Positions 9,551 through 17,201 of a stretch of 64,000 nt of DNA are shown here, piece after piece. The position numbers and the translations under genes are program-made. The stretch comes from an uncultured virus (IMG/VR IMGVR_UViG_3300027836_000010). Its lineage: Duplodnaviria; Heunggongvirae; Uroviricota; Caudoviricetes. Positions within the stretch are counted from its first letter, which is position 1. Each line of letters opens with the position of its first letter. The stretch is from IMG/VR virus record IMGVR_UViG_3300027836_000010. One strand, given 5' to 3'. Below the pieces are notes generated by a model that was given only the letters and a program-made list of their open reading frames with translations, made no database searches and was not told the DNA's origin.

Positions 9551-10056
9551 ACACTGAAGAACGACAAGCTGTCGTTTACTTTACAGGTTACGAGGTCGAA
9601 CATACTATTTGTCATGGTATGAAAACATTGTTTGTAGTAGGCACACCTCCTATTGAAGAAATTTTAGAAAAAGCTTCAGCAAATGGGTGCCAGCATGTCT
9701 ACTTTGGTACCAGTCAAAGTTTTAATCCAACTGCTGTCACTCAAGAACAGTATAAGCCGTGGGACGATGTTATTTTACCATTGCTTAGATCCGGGTACTG
9801 GGTTAGTTTAGATTTTGATGTTAGGCATATTGAAGGAGTTATCGAATCTGGTTATAGCGAATATGATAAATTTGTTCCTATGATTAGTGTAAAAATTCCA
9901 TATATCAAACAACTTAATTACAATGCCACACTTAAGATAGACGATATCACGTGGGGCAAGACAAATTCAGGTGTTTGGACACATCAACTAAATGAATTGA
10001 TGACTAAAGACAAGTACACACACTGGGATCAATATACACAAGATACAACATTATGA
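9541..10056 (+). CDS. Hypothetical protein in the modification cluster
   Basis: 171-aa ORF overlapping both neighbours. Confidence 0.7.
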   Translation: MGLNTEERQAVVYFTGYEVEHTICHGMKTLFVVGTPPIEEILEKASANGCQHVYFGTSQSFNPTAVTQEQYKPWDDVILPLLRSGYWVSLDFDVRHIEGVIESGYSEYDKFVPMISVKIPYIKQLNYNATLKIDDITWGKTNSGVWTHQLNELMTKDKYTHWDQYTQDTTL

Positions 10057-10442
10057 TTATTAGACAAGATCAACGACCTAACAAAATGATTTGGGTTACT
10101 TTTCGCAAAGAAGGTATTCACAAATATCCAGCCGCACTTACAGACCCAGCACTTGCTACAGGTGATGAATATGATGTAAGTTTCCTAGGATATCCGCATC
10201 GTCACATCTTCCATTTTAAAGTATGGATCGGTGTTACACACGATGATCGCGATATCGAATTTATCCAGTTTAAACGCTGGTTGGAAAAATTGTACGCAGA
10301 CGGTACAGTCCAACTAGACTACAAGAGTTGTGAGATGATGTCAGGTGATTTATATGACGCCATCTCCAATAAGTATCCAGGCCGTGAGGTTTGGATTGAG
10401 GTCTCCGAAGACGGAGAAAATGGTTCATTTATCAAATACTAA
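10053..10442 (+). CDS. queD: QueD-like 6-carboxytetrahydropterin synthase (T-fold)
   Basis: His motifs EGIH...HRHIFH, plus SCE and C-terminal VSEDGENG; sits near folE, queE and the TGT-like gene. Confidence 0.72.
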   Translation: MIIRQDQRPNKMIWVTFRKEGIHKYPAALTDPALATGDEYDVSFLGYPHRHIFHFKVWIGVTHDDRDIEFIQFKRWLEKLYADGTVQLDYKSCEMMSGDLYDAISNKYPGREVWIEVSEDGENGSFIKY

Positions 10443-10455
10443 TAAGAAGGCTAAT

Positions 10456-10719
10456 ATGGCTAAGAATTACAACGACTACTCCTATTTCGAAAATCGTGCT
10501 GATGTTGTCAAAATTTTCGACGATTTGGAATCATTCCATAACTTTTGTCGTATGGAATTGATTGAGTTTAACGAGGCGTATCTCTACAATAGAGAAAGCT
10601 GGCAGTGGCGTAATTATGAAAAAAGCACACGCCCTCGCAAGGCTTGGACAGGCGAACGCAAACCGTACCAAGGAAAAAATCCTCGGCCGCAGTATAACAA
10701 CAATAAGTCTTATAATTAA
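10456..10719 (+). CDS. Hypothetical protein
   Basis: GAAGG RBS before the ATG at 10456; basic C-terminus. Confidence 0.6.
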   Translation: MAKNYNDYSYFENRADVVKIFDDLESFHNFCRMELIEFNEAYLYNRESWQWRNYEKSTRPRKAWTGERKPYQGKNPRPQYNNNKSYN

Positions 10720-10989
10720 ATGACTATTTTTCTAGTTGATCTAGAAGCAGTTGAGACACGGTACACGGGTCAGTGGAAGACCCATGTACCTGCTCTTTTA
10801 CGAAAGGCAGGACACGATGTTCAAATTATCTCTGGCCCTGAGGATATTCCTTCAGCCACTACTCCTGGTGCTTTTCTTAATTTTGGTGGCACCAATATAT
10901 ACAAGTCTAGTCAAGTTGAGCAAATGGGCAGGCTATTTTGTAACGGATCCGTTCATTCCTATGTTAGCAATGTTGGCTGTTCTGTATAA
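10720..10989 (+). pseudogene. Truncated 5' fragment of a GT-B glycosyltransferase
   Basis: It aligns by eye with the N-terminus of 13152-14267 (LE...TRYT.QW..HVP.LL; TPGAFLNF..TN..KS.Q). Similarity ends near 10955 and the frame stops at 10989. Confidence 0.85.
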
Positions 10990-10992
10990 ATA
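10985..10992 (+). promoter_or_regulatory. T4-type late promoter
   Basis: Exact TATAAATA about 65 nt upstream of the endonuclease ATG. Confidence 0.65.
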
Positions 10993-11055
10993 AAAGTGCC
11001 AGTCGCGATGCTACCAACATCCACTGACTCTAACAGTTTATTAGGAACTATCAGC

Positions 11056-11655
11056 ATGAATATTTATAGTAATATTCCATCACCGGAATTTAAGCCAACC
11101 TGGCTTTACATCAAGCAACACAATACCACCGGATTGAAATACTTTGGCAAGACTACCAAAGACCCACAGGCCTATTTAGGTTCCGGCAAGTATTGGTTGC
11201 GACACTTAAAAGAACACAGCGAAGATATCACAACTGTTTGGTGTGAAGAATTTACTAACATAGATCAGTTAGTAGAGTTTGCCACATTCTTTAGTGAATT
11301 CCACGATATAGTTGATGCTGTAGATTCCCGGGGCAAGAAAGTATGGGCCAATATGATTCCAGAGAATGGATTAGATGGTGCTCCTGCTGGAGTCAAAATG
11401 CCCAGCACCAGTAAGTCCAATGCTATCCATAAGAAAGGTATAACACCTTGGAACAAGGGCAAGGCAACTGGACCTGCTCCTCATATAGCAGAATCCAACA
11501 AGCGTAGGAAAGGCGTGCCTTCTGGTAGATTGGGTGTTTCAACTTCTCTAAAAGGAACACCGCAACCTGTTATTGTTTGCCCTCACTGTGACAAGCAAGG
11601 TGGAGTTAGTGGAATGAAAAGATATCACTTTGATAACTGTAAGGAAAAGAAATGA
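11056..11655 (+). CDS. Free-standing GIY-YIG-like (Seg-type) homing endonuclease
   Basis: N-terminal WLYIKQH..TGLKYFGKT...YLGSG.YW, NUMOD3-like PWNKGK segments and a C-terminal CPHC...H...C zinc ribbon. Confidence 0.8.
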   Translation: MNIYSNIPSPEFKPTWLYIKQHNTTGLKYFGKTTKDPQAYLGSGKYWLRHLKEHSEDITTVWCEEFTNIDQLVEFATFFSEFHDIVDAVDSRGKKVWANMIPENGLDGAPAGVKMPSTSKSNAIHKKGITPWNKGKATGPAPHIAESNKRRKGVPSGRLGVSTSLKGTPQPVIVCPHCDKQGGVSGMKRYHFDNCKEKK

Positions 11656-11915
11656 ACGAACGAATTCAACAACTTGCTGAACAGGCTGGCTATCAAAAAG
11701 ATTCGTTTGGTGTTGGTCATTGGGATATGCCAGAGTGTAAAAAGTTCGCCGAGTTGATTGTGAAGGAATGTATCAACCGTGAAGAATTGCTGGGTGCCAT
11801 TGCCCGAGGTTGGTGTAGTGAAAAGAACTCACACAAAACTATGGATCCAGATTTGGCATTGGCCATATTTGATGAAGTAGAACGACAGATTAAACAACAG
11901 TTTGGAGTTGAATAA
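11652..11915 (+). CDS. Small phage hypothetical protein (MNERI...KFAELIV...FGVE type)
   Basis: ATGA-coupled ORF with a sequence pattern common among phage small proteins. Confidence 0.7.
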   Translation: MNERIQQLAEQAGYQKDSFGVGHWDMPECKKFAELIVKECINREELLGAIARGWCSEKNSHKTMDPDLALAIFDEVERQIKQQFGVE

Positions 11916-12076
11916 TGGGATGGCGATATGAAGTTAATGTATGGGATAACGCAGTCGATGGGCCTTACTATTGGCTACAGATTTACGCTGGCCCTAGCAT
12001 AATCCAAGCCATCTACAACATGTGGTGGGCAAAACGCAATGGCTGGAAATGTATTAAACTGGAGTATAGACCGTGA
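11915..12076 (+). CDS. 53-aa hypothetical protein (below the ORF-track cutoff)
   Basis: MGWRYEVNVWD...KCIKLEYRP; TAATG-coupled upstream, GTGA-coupled downstream, with a GGAG RBS. Confidence 0.6.
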   Translation: MGWRYEVNVWDNAVDGPYYWLQIYAGPSIIQAIYNMWWAKRNGWKCIKLEYRP

Positions 12077-12321
12077 GAGTAGAATTTCATCAAGGTGTGC
12101 CTGAAGGTTGTACCGAATGGTTAAACCAACATGTAGGCAAGGGCAATATGACCGGCCTTGTTGACAACTACGATTATGCCTGGTTCTACCGGCGTGAGCG
12201 TGTTTATCCGCAACCACATGAAGCATTTGATCCTCGTGACTTGGGACCAAAATATGTGCCCACTATCACAGTGAAAGATCCCAAGTTGGCAACATGGTTT
12301 GCGTTGAGGTGGAGTTCATGA
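12073..12321 (+). CDS. Small protein ending WFALRWSS (unit 1)
   Basis: GTG start with a GGAG RBS; ends in the 25-bp junction repeat. Confidence 0.7.
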   Translation: MRVEFHQGVPEGCTEWLNQHVGKGNMTGLVDNYDYAWFYRRERVYPQPHEAFDPRDLGPKYVPTITVKDPKLATWFALRWSS

Positions 12322-12521
12322 ACAAGGTAGAAAAAACATCATATCCAGGTTGGAATAAGTTTCCTGTTTATCAATGTAGGCGGACCGATGACTGGCATGA
12401 AATCAGTTCTTGGATGTATAAGAATGGGTGTGATCCGTTTTTGTTAAGTTCGGGTGGTACTGGATACATATTTCAAGTAAGAGAAAACTTTGCGTGGTTT
12501 GCGTTGAGGTGGAGTTCATGA
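12318..12521 (+). CDS. Small protein ending WFALRWSS (unit 2)
   Basis: The start ATG lies inside the repeat (ATGA overlap), with a GAGGTGG RBS. Confidence 0.7.
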   Translation: MNKVEKTSYPGWNKFPVYQCRRTDDWHEISSWMYKNGCDPFLLSSGGTGYIFQVRENFAWFALRWSS

Positions 12522-12733
12522 GAGTTCTAAAGAAAGAACTATGGCCACACAAGGTAGCAGTCAATGTGGAAGGACCAACACCCGAAAAGATTGACGATAT
12601 TGAAGCATGGCTTGGCGAACACTATGGGGCTTTTAAAAGTCGGTGGAATGCTGTCTATCACCATAACGGAACAGACTATTATTTCCGTCAAGGTCGGGAT
12701 GCTACTATGTTTGCGTTGAGGTGGAGTTCATGA
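12518..12733 (+). CDS. Small protein ending MFALRWSS (unit 3)
   Basis: The start ATG lies inside the repeat. Confidence 0.7.
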   Translation: MRVLKKELWPHKVAVNVEGPTPEKIDDIEAWLGEHYGAFKSRWNAVYHHNGTDYYFRQGRDATMFALRWSS

Positions 12734-13086
12734 GTAGTTCGGAAATCAAAGGTCTATTCTTCTTGCCGTCGGGCAGATACATACCAATGGGTCTCAACAT
12801 CTGGCAACAACTTTGGTGGCGGTTCGTGCCCGGAGTTGTGGTCAATGTAAAGTGGCCCAAAGGGTGGGTAGTGCTTCATGAAGCACCCGATGGATCATGT
12901 GTATCCACAGAGTCAGCGGATCCAAATGATCACTATCGTCCTTGGATGGAACAGCATGTTGGTCGGCAAGGTCGAGACTGGAACTGGGGCATGGCAGATA
13001 GAGATGCCACTGACAACAGGTTAACCATAAAGATTAGACAGAAATATGCCAAGTATGCTACAATAGCGGCAATACAGTGGAGTTGA
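12730..13086 (+). CDS. Small protein ending AAIQWS (unit 4)
   Basis: Starts inside the third repeat; its end keeps the GTGGAGTT core. Confidence 0.7.
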   Translation: MSSSEIKGLFFLPSGRYIPMGLNIWQQLWWRFVPGVVVNVKWPKGWVVLHEAPDGSCVSTESADPNDHYRPWMEQHVGRQGRDWNWGMADRDATDNRLTIKIRQKYAKYATIAAIQWS

Positions 13087-13104
13087 AGAATGAGCAAAAT
13101 ATAT

Positions 13105-13133
13105 TTGACCTATACCCCACTTTACTATATAAT
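13105..13133 (+). promoter_or_regulatory. Sigma70-type promoter for the intact glycosyltransferase
   Basis: TTGACC-N17-TATAAT, followed by an AGGAG RBS and a TTG start. Confidence 0.7.
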
Positions 13134-13151
13134 GTAGTATAGGAGACAATT

Positions 13152-14267
13152 TTGAAATCAACAATATGGATATTCTCACTGGAGCCCATTTCTACACGCT
13201 ACACTGAACAGTGGCACAGTCATGTGCCCCTACTACTTAAGAACAAGTTAGGCGACAGGTTTAATGTGGTTCAGGTAGATGGCATTCAGAAGAACAGCCA
13301 ACTGACTCCGGGTGCGTTCTTAAACTTTTCTGATACTAACTATTGGAAGAGTGCTCAAATGTGTGCGTTCTTGGAACAGCACAATCAAGGCAAGACCAGT
13401 CCCAACGATCACTTTATCTTTACAGATGCGTGGAACCCCACAGTGATCCAACTGAAATATATGTCAGATCTATTAGGCTTCAACTGGACTTTACACGGCC
13501 TATGGCATGCTGGCAGTTATGACCCACAAGACTTCTTAGGTCGCCTTGTTGGCAATAAACCTTGGGTAAGACACGCTGAGAAGAGTTTTTATCATTCGTT
13601 CGATTATAACTACTTTGCTACACAGTTTCATATTGAAATGTTTTTTACTAATCTCTTACAAGACGGCCCAGTTAGTGAAAATCCTTGGTATGAAGAAGAC
13701 CTGGCGGAATTACGTGCTGGCATACTTACAAATAAAATTGTACGCACAGGCTGGCCAATGGAGTATATGAATGATATCTTGCTCCCGTATAAAGGAATGC
13801 CCAAGCGTGATCTCATCTTGTTTCCACATCGCATTGCTCCAGAAAAGCAAGTTGAAATCTTCCGTGATTTAAAAGAACATTTGCCGCAATATGAATTTGT
13901 AGTATGTCAGGATCAACAACTGACTAAGAACGAATATCACAATTTGTTAGGTGAAGCTAAGTTAGTGTTCAGTGCTAACTTGCAAGAAACGCTCGGCATT
14001 AGTTGTTATGAAGGAGCAGTTGTAGGCGCTGTTCCTATGGTTCCGGATAGACTTAGTTACTCTGAAATGTATTACGATACTTTCAAATACCCTAGCGAGT
14101 GGACTGAGAGTTTTGACTCTTATCTAAAATATCGTAATAACCTGTGTTTTGCTATCATGCAACATATGGATCATTACTCTACCCGGATACCAAGTATACA
14201 CAAACAAGCAAAGGATTTACATGACAATTTCTTCAGCGCAACTGGATTGCTTGACAATATCAAGTGA
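13152..14267 (+). CDS. GT-B fold (group 1-like) glycosyltransferase
   Basis: FPHRIAPEKQ and the EX7E motif QETLGISCYEG, followed by PMVPDRLSYSEMY. Confidence 0.8.
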   Translation: MKSTIWIFSLEPISTRYTEQWHSHVPLLLKNKLGDRFNVVQVDGIQKNSQLTPGAFLNFSDTNYWKSAQMCAFLEQHNQGKTSPNDHFIFTDAWNPTVIQLKYMSDLLGFNWTLHGLWHAGSYDPQDFLGRLVGNKPWVRHAEKSFYHSFDYNYFATQFHIEMFFTNLLQDGPVSENPWYEEDLAELRAGILTNKIVRTGWPMEYMNDILLPYKGMPKRDLILFPHRIAPEKQVEIFRDLKEHLPQYEFVVCQDQQLTKNEYHNLLGEAKLVFSANLQETLGISCYEGAVVGAVPMVPDRLSYSEMYYDTFKYPSEWTESFDSYLKYRNNLCFAIMQHMDHYSTRIPSIHKQAKDLHDNFFSATGLLDNIK

Positions 14268-14658
14268 TATTGGAATAATAGCACAAGATGTTGATACTAT
14301 TTTATCTGATACAATTACACTAACTAGCGGTACTGGTAGTAGTTACTATTATACCGGCGCTGGCGTTGGCGGCAGTACAGGAACTATTACTATTTCCGGA
14401 GCAGGTGCTAGCGGCACCAGTTATACGATTGGTGGAGCAGGATCTGGAGGGTTTGCCGGTATTACCGCACAGAATATTAGCACCTTTAATTGGAATTTAA
14501 ACGAAGAGTTTGTTAACTGTCTTCCGGATCTTGAAAGAGTTAAAAAAATGTGCGAAGAATATCCCGGTTTGAAAATAGCCTACGAAAAATTTGTTACAAC
14601 TTATAAACTAGTAAGAGATGATTATGATACTCCAAAAGATAAAAGACCTAAGCCTTAA
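14221..14658 (+). CDS. Hypothetical protein with a Gly/Thr-rich N-terminus
   Basis: ORF with a helical C-terminus (MCEEYPGLKIAYEKF). Confidence 0.6.
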   Translation: MTISSAQLDCLTISSDIGIIAQDVDTILSDTITLTSGTGSSYYYTGAGVGGSTGTITISGAGASGTSYTIGGAGSGGFAGITAQNISTFNWNLNEEFVNCLPDLERVKKMCEEYPGLKIAYEKFVTTYKLVRDDYDTPKDKRPKP

Positions 14659-15082
14659 CTGGTTAGAGCGTCATGATCGCAAACGCATTATTATGGATCG
14701 ACAATGTAACGAGCCATTGCTAACTCGTTACTATTTGTTTTTAAAAGATCGTAAGACATTTCCATTCAACATATTCTTACACAAGTTTCATAAAGGCGAT
14801 CCCGGAGATGTACATGATCATCCGTGGCCGTACTTTACACTAATACTAGCAGGTGGTTACTACGAATGGGTACTTAGTGGTAATTGTGAAGTACGTAAAT
14901 GGCGTGGGCCTGGACATTTTAGATTTTGTAGTGCTAACAGCTATCACCGTATTGAATTAAAAGAAGGTGTTACGCCCTGGACCTTGTTTATGCCCGGGCC
15001 ACAAACAAGAGAATGGGGATTCCTTGTTGATAATAAATGGATTCATAATGACAACTATCTTGAAGAACGTAAAAACAGTTAA
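14618..15082 (+). CDS. Cupin-fold protein
   Basis: Metal-binding cupin pattern HDHPW...GGYYE...HRIEL...WTLF. Confidence 0.65.
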   Translation: MIMILQKIKDLSLNWLERHDRKRIIMDRQCNEPLLTRYYLFLKDRKTFPFNIFLHKFHKGDPGDVHDHPWPYFTLILAGGYYEWVLSGNCEVRKWRGPGHFRFCSANSYHRIELKEGVTPWTLFMPGPQTREWGFLVDNKWIHNDNYLEERKNS

Positions 15083-15467
15083 CAATATTGGCCCTGGATA
15101 TGGTGCTGTGCCTACTATTTCTACTGCTCCGTTAACTATTGGGCAAGTTTACACAACCAACAGTACCGCTGGCCAGTTTTTAACAAGTGCTACTAACGGA
15201 ACAAATTGGGCAAATTCAAATGACAACGTAATGATTGTTAAACAAGATCCTGCTAGTTTAGAAGTTAAAGGTCGAATGATCATTAACGGTGTTGACTTAG
15301 AAGAACGGTTAAAGACAATCGAACGAGTATTGACTATTCCCGAAAGAGATGTTAAACTAGAAGCTAAACATCCAAAGCTAAAGAAACTGTATGATGAATA
15401 CATTGCGGCGTTGGGTAAGTATAGAACATTTGAAGCAATTAAAGGAGAAGAAAATGGAACTACATGA
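15048..15467 (+). CDS. Hypothetical protein
   Basis: Thr-rich N-terminus and a helical C-terminus (HPKLKKLYDEY). Confidence 0.6.
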   Translation: MTTILKNVKTVNNIGPGYGAVPTISTAPLTIGQVYTTNSTAGQFLTSATNGTNWANSNDNVMIVKQDPASLEVKGRMIINGVDLEERLKTIERVLTIPERDVKLEAKHPKLKKLYDEYIAALGKYRTFEAIKGEENGTT

Positions 15468-15684
15468 ATCAGTTGCGCATACTCGCAGAGAAATGACTAT
15501 TAAAGAAAGCGAAGGTTTTCGTGTACGTGTAACAAAACACGAAGTGATTAATCCTAAGGGACTGTTTAGTCTTGATATTATTCAAGAAAGTTTGAAAGAC
15601 GGTAAAGTAATCGATAGTCAAACATACAATTTCTTTATGACTAAAGATGAGTTACAAACACTGGCGCACGGATTAACTTTATAA
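15454..15684 (+). CDS. Hypothetical protein
   Basis: AGGAG RBS before MELHES. Confidence 0.6.
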   Translation: MELHESVAHTRREMTIKESEGFRVRVTKHEVINPKGLFSLDIIQESLKDGKVIDSQTYNFFMTKDELQTLAHGLTL

Positions 15685-15905
15685 TGACTGATGATCAATT
15701 ACAAGAGTTATACGACAAATATCTCGATTTTACTGTTAGTATGATTGCTGACAGTAATACATTGTCGGTTGCCGCTATCATGATGGCCCAGGCACTTAGC
15801 ATTTACAAAACTGCTATGAATGACGAAGAATACAATGCAATGGTCGATAATATTTCAGCAAGTCGAGACCAAGTTAAACAGTTTACAGGGCCGTCATTAC
15901 AATGA
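15684..15905 (+). CDS. Hypothetical protein
   Basis: Translationally coupled ORF. Confidence 0.6.
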   Translation: MTDDQLQELYDKYLDFTVSMIADSNTLSVAAIMMAQALSIYKTAMNDEEYNAMVDNISASRDQVKQFTGPSLQ

Positions 15906-16420
15906 AAAAGATTTATTATACATGGCAACAGATAGAAGGTGCCTGTTTAGATATTGCTCGACAGATTAATAATAGCAACTGGCGACCTAATTATATTGTA
16001 GGTATTACTCGTGGTGGGCTTGTTCCAGCAGTATTGCTAAGTCAATATTTAGAAGTTCCTATGAAGTCATTAGACGTAAGTTTACGAGACGGCGGAGATT
16101 GTGTAAGCAACTGCGGTATGTCTGAAGATGCCTTTGGCTATAACGCATCTGAACTAGGCGACCCGCTTTGTCAAAATATCCTCATTGTTGATGACATCAA
16201 TGATCAAGGTTCTACTATTTCTTGGATTAAGCAGGACTGGCAATCTAGTTGTTTGCCTAACGATGCTCGCTGGGAGCATGTATGGGGACAGAATGTACGC
16301 TTTGCTACACTTACTAACAATCTAAGTAGCAAGGAAGATGTTGACTATTCAGTATGGGAAGTTAACAAAGCAGAAGAAGATTGTTGGTTAGTTTATCCTT
16401 GGGAGGATTTTTGGAAATGA
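15902..16420 (+). CDS. Type I purine phosphoribosyltransferase (xanthine/guanine PRT-like)
   Basis: GITRGGLVPA, the PRPP-binding motif ILIVDDINDQGST and a C-terminal WLVYPWE. Confidence 0.85.
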   Translation: MKKIYYTWQQIEGACLDIARQINNSNWRPNYIVGITRGGLVPAVLLSQYLEVPMKSLDVSLRDGGDCVSNCGMSEDAFGYNASELGDPLCQNILIVDDINDQGSTISWIKQDWQSSCLPNDARWEHVWGQNVRFATLTNNLSSKEDVDYSVWEVNKAEEDCWLVYPWEDFWK

Positions 16421-16614
16421 TGACATCATTAATTAAACTTATTTTTGGAATTACGTTGATATTGTTAGTAATTGTATTTGGGCCATTACTTGGTATCTGG
16501 TCGCTTAATACACTATTCCCAGTGTTAGCAATTCCATATACGTGGCAAACTTGGGCCGCCTACTTCTTAATTTTTGGCAGTTTAACCGGTTTACGCTTTG
16601 GATCTAAAAAATGA
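16417..16614 (+). CDS. Small membrane protein
   Basis: Two hydrophobic segments. Confidence 0.55.
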   Translation: MMTSLIKLIFGITLILLVIVFGPLLGIWSLNTLFPVLAIPYTWQTWAAYFLIFGSLTGLRFGSKK

Positions 16615-16766
16615 GTGAGTTAACTATCGAAGATCTTAAAGAGCGCATTGAAAAAATTAAGCAAGACTTAGTTGATCAATCTGGTCGAAAGTATGAAGTA
16701 CTAATGGAGTATAAATCGTACTTGGAAGACGAACTGGAAATGTTAAAGCGTGAACAAAGACAATAA
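16611..16766 (+). CDS. 51-aa coiled-coil hypothetical protein
   Basis: MSELTIEDLKERIEK...; fills a gap in the gene run and is ATGA-coupled. Confidence 0.55.
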   Translation: MSELTIEDLKERIEKIKQDLVDQSGRKYEVLMEYKSYLEDELEMLKREQRQ

Positions 16767-16956
16767 TACTGTTACAGTAGTATGGGATAACCAGAATGGA
16801 TTCTGGTGGAACGAAACTTGTGCTATGGTATTAGAAGTATTTGGCTTGCCGGGTGATAGGTATGAATCAAAACCCGATCACGATTATATGAGTTTTAATT
16901 TTAAAAATCAAAAGGATGCTGATCTATGCCGAATACTTCTTTCCGAGAGACTATAA
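16750..16956 (+). CDS. Hypothetical protein
   Basis: ORF in the operon. Confidence 0.55.
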   Translation: MNKDNNTVTVVWDNQNGFWWNETCAMVLEVFGLPGDRYESKPDHDYMSFNFKNQKDADLCRILLSERL

Positions 16957-17150
16957 AAATAGCAGTAGCTATCATTGTATTTCTAATAGTAGTACCTATA
17001 TTATTTTTAGTACTACCTAAAAAATCAGACGGTGTTTGGATTAATTGCGGACTTTCCGAAATTAGTCCAGATTTCACAAATGAAATGCGCGAAGCGTGTA
17101 GGCAAGCTAGAATAAAAAATATTCAAAACGATATACAAAAACCTAAATAA
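16926..17150 (+). CDS. Small membrane-anchored protein
   Basis: One hydrophobic helix and two Cys residues. Confidence 0.55.
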   Translation: MPNTSFRETIKIAVAIIVFLIVVPILFLVLPKKSDGVWINCGLSEISPDFTNEMREACRQARIKNIQNDIQKPK

Positions 17151-17201
17151 GAGTGTATAATAAACATATGGCAATACCTCTGCCTTAACATAGGAAAATT
17201 A

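Larger units (their letters stand above)
12297..12733 (+). repeat. Three identical 25-bp direct repeats at gene junctions
   Basis: GTTTGCGTTGAGGTGGAGTTCATGA at 12297-12321, 12497-12521 and 12709-12733. Confidence 0.95.
10956..13151 (+). mobile_element. Homing-endonuclease-led inserted cassette (boundaries approximate)
   Basis: It lies between a truncated glycosyltransferase 5' end and a complete homologous gene. It encodes a GIY-YIG-like nuclease and six small ORFs, and appears less AT-rich than its flanks. Confidence 0.65.

Noticed and set aside
12297..12733. CRISPR array interpretation of the 25-bp repeats
   Set aside because: The intervening segments are 175-187 bp intact ORFs, the repeat is coding and not palindromic, and no cas genes are present.
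13090..13137. 15-codon mini-ORF (MSKIYLT...) resembling a GT start
   Set aside because: Too short to support; it overlaps the promoter and may be chance.
10956..13151. Group I intron or intein splitting the glycosyltransferase
   Set aside because: The downstream gene restarts with its own full N-terminus, promoter and RBS instead of resuming as exon 2, and no intron core was recognisable.
17165..17201. Possible preQ1 riboswitch before folE
   Set aside because: Only a 4-bp hairpin (GGCA/TGCC) is present, without the preQ1 consensus loop or A-rich tail.
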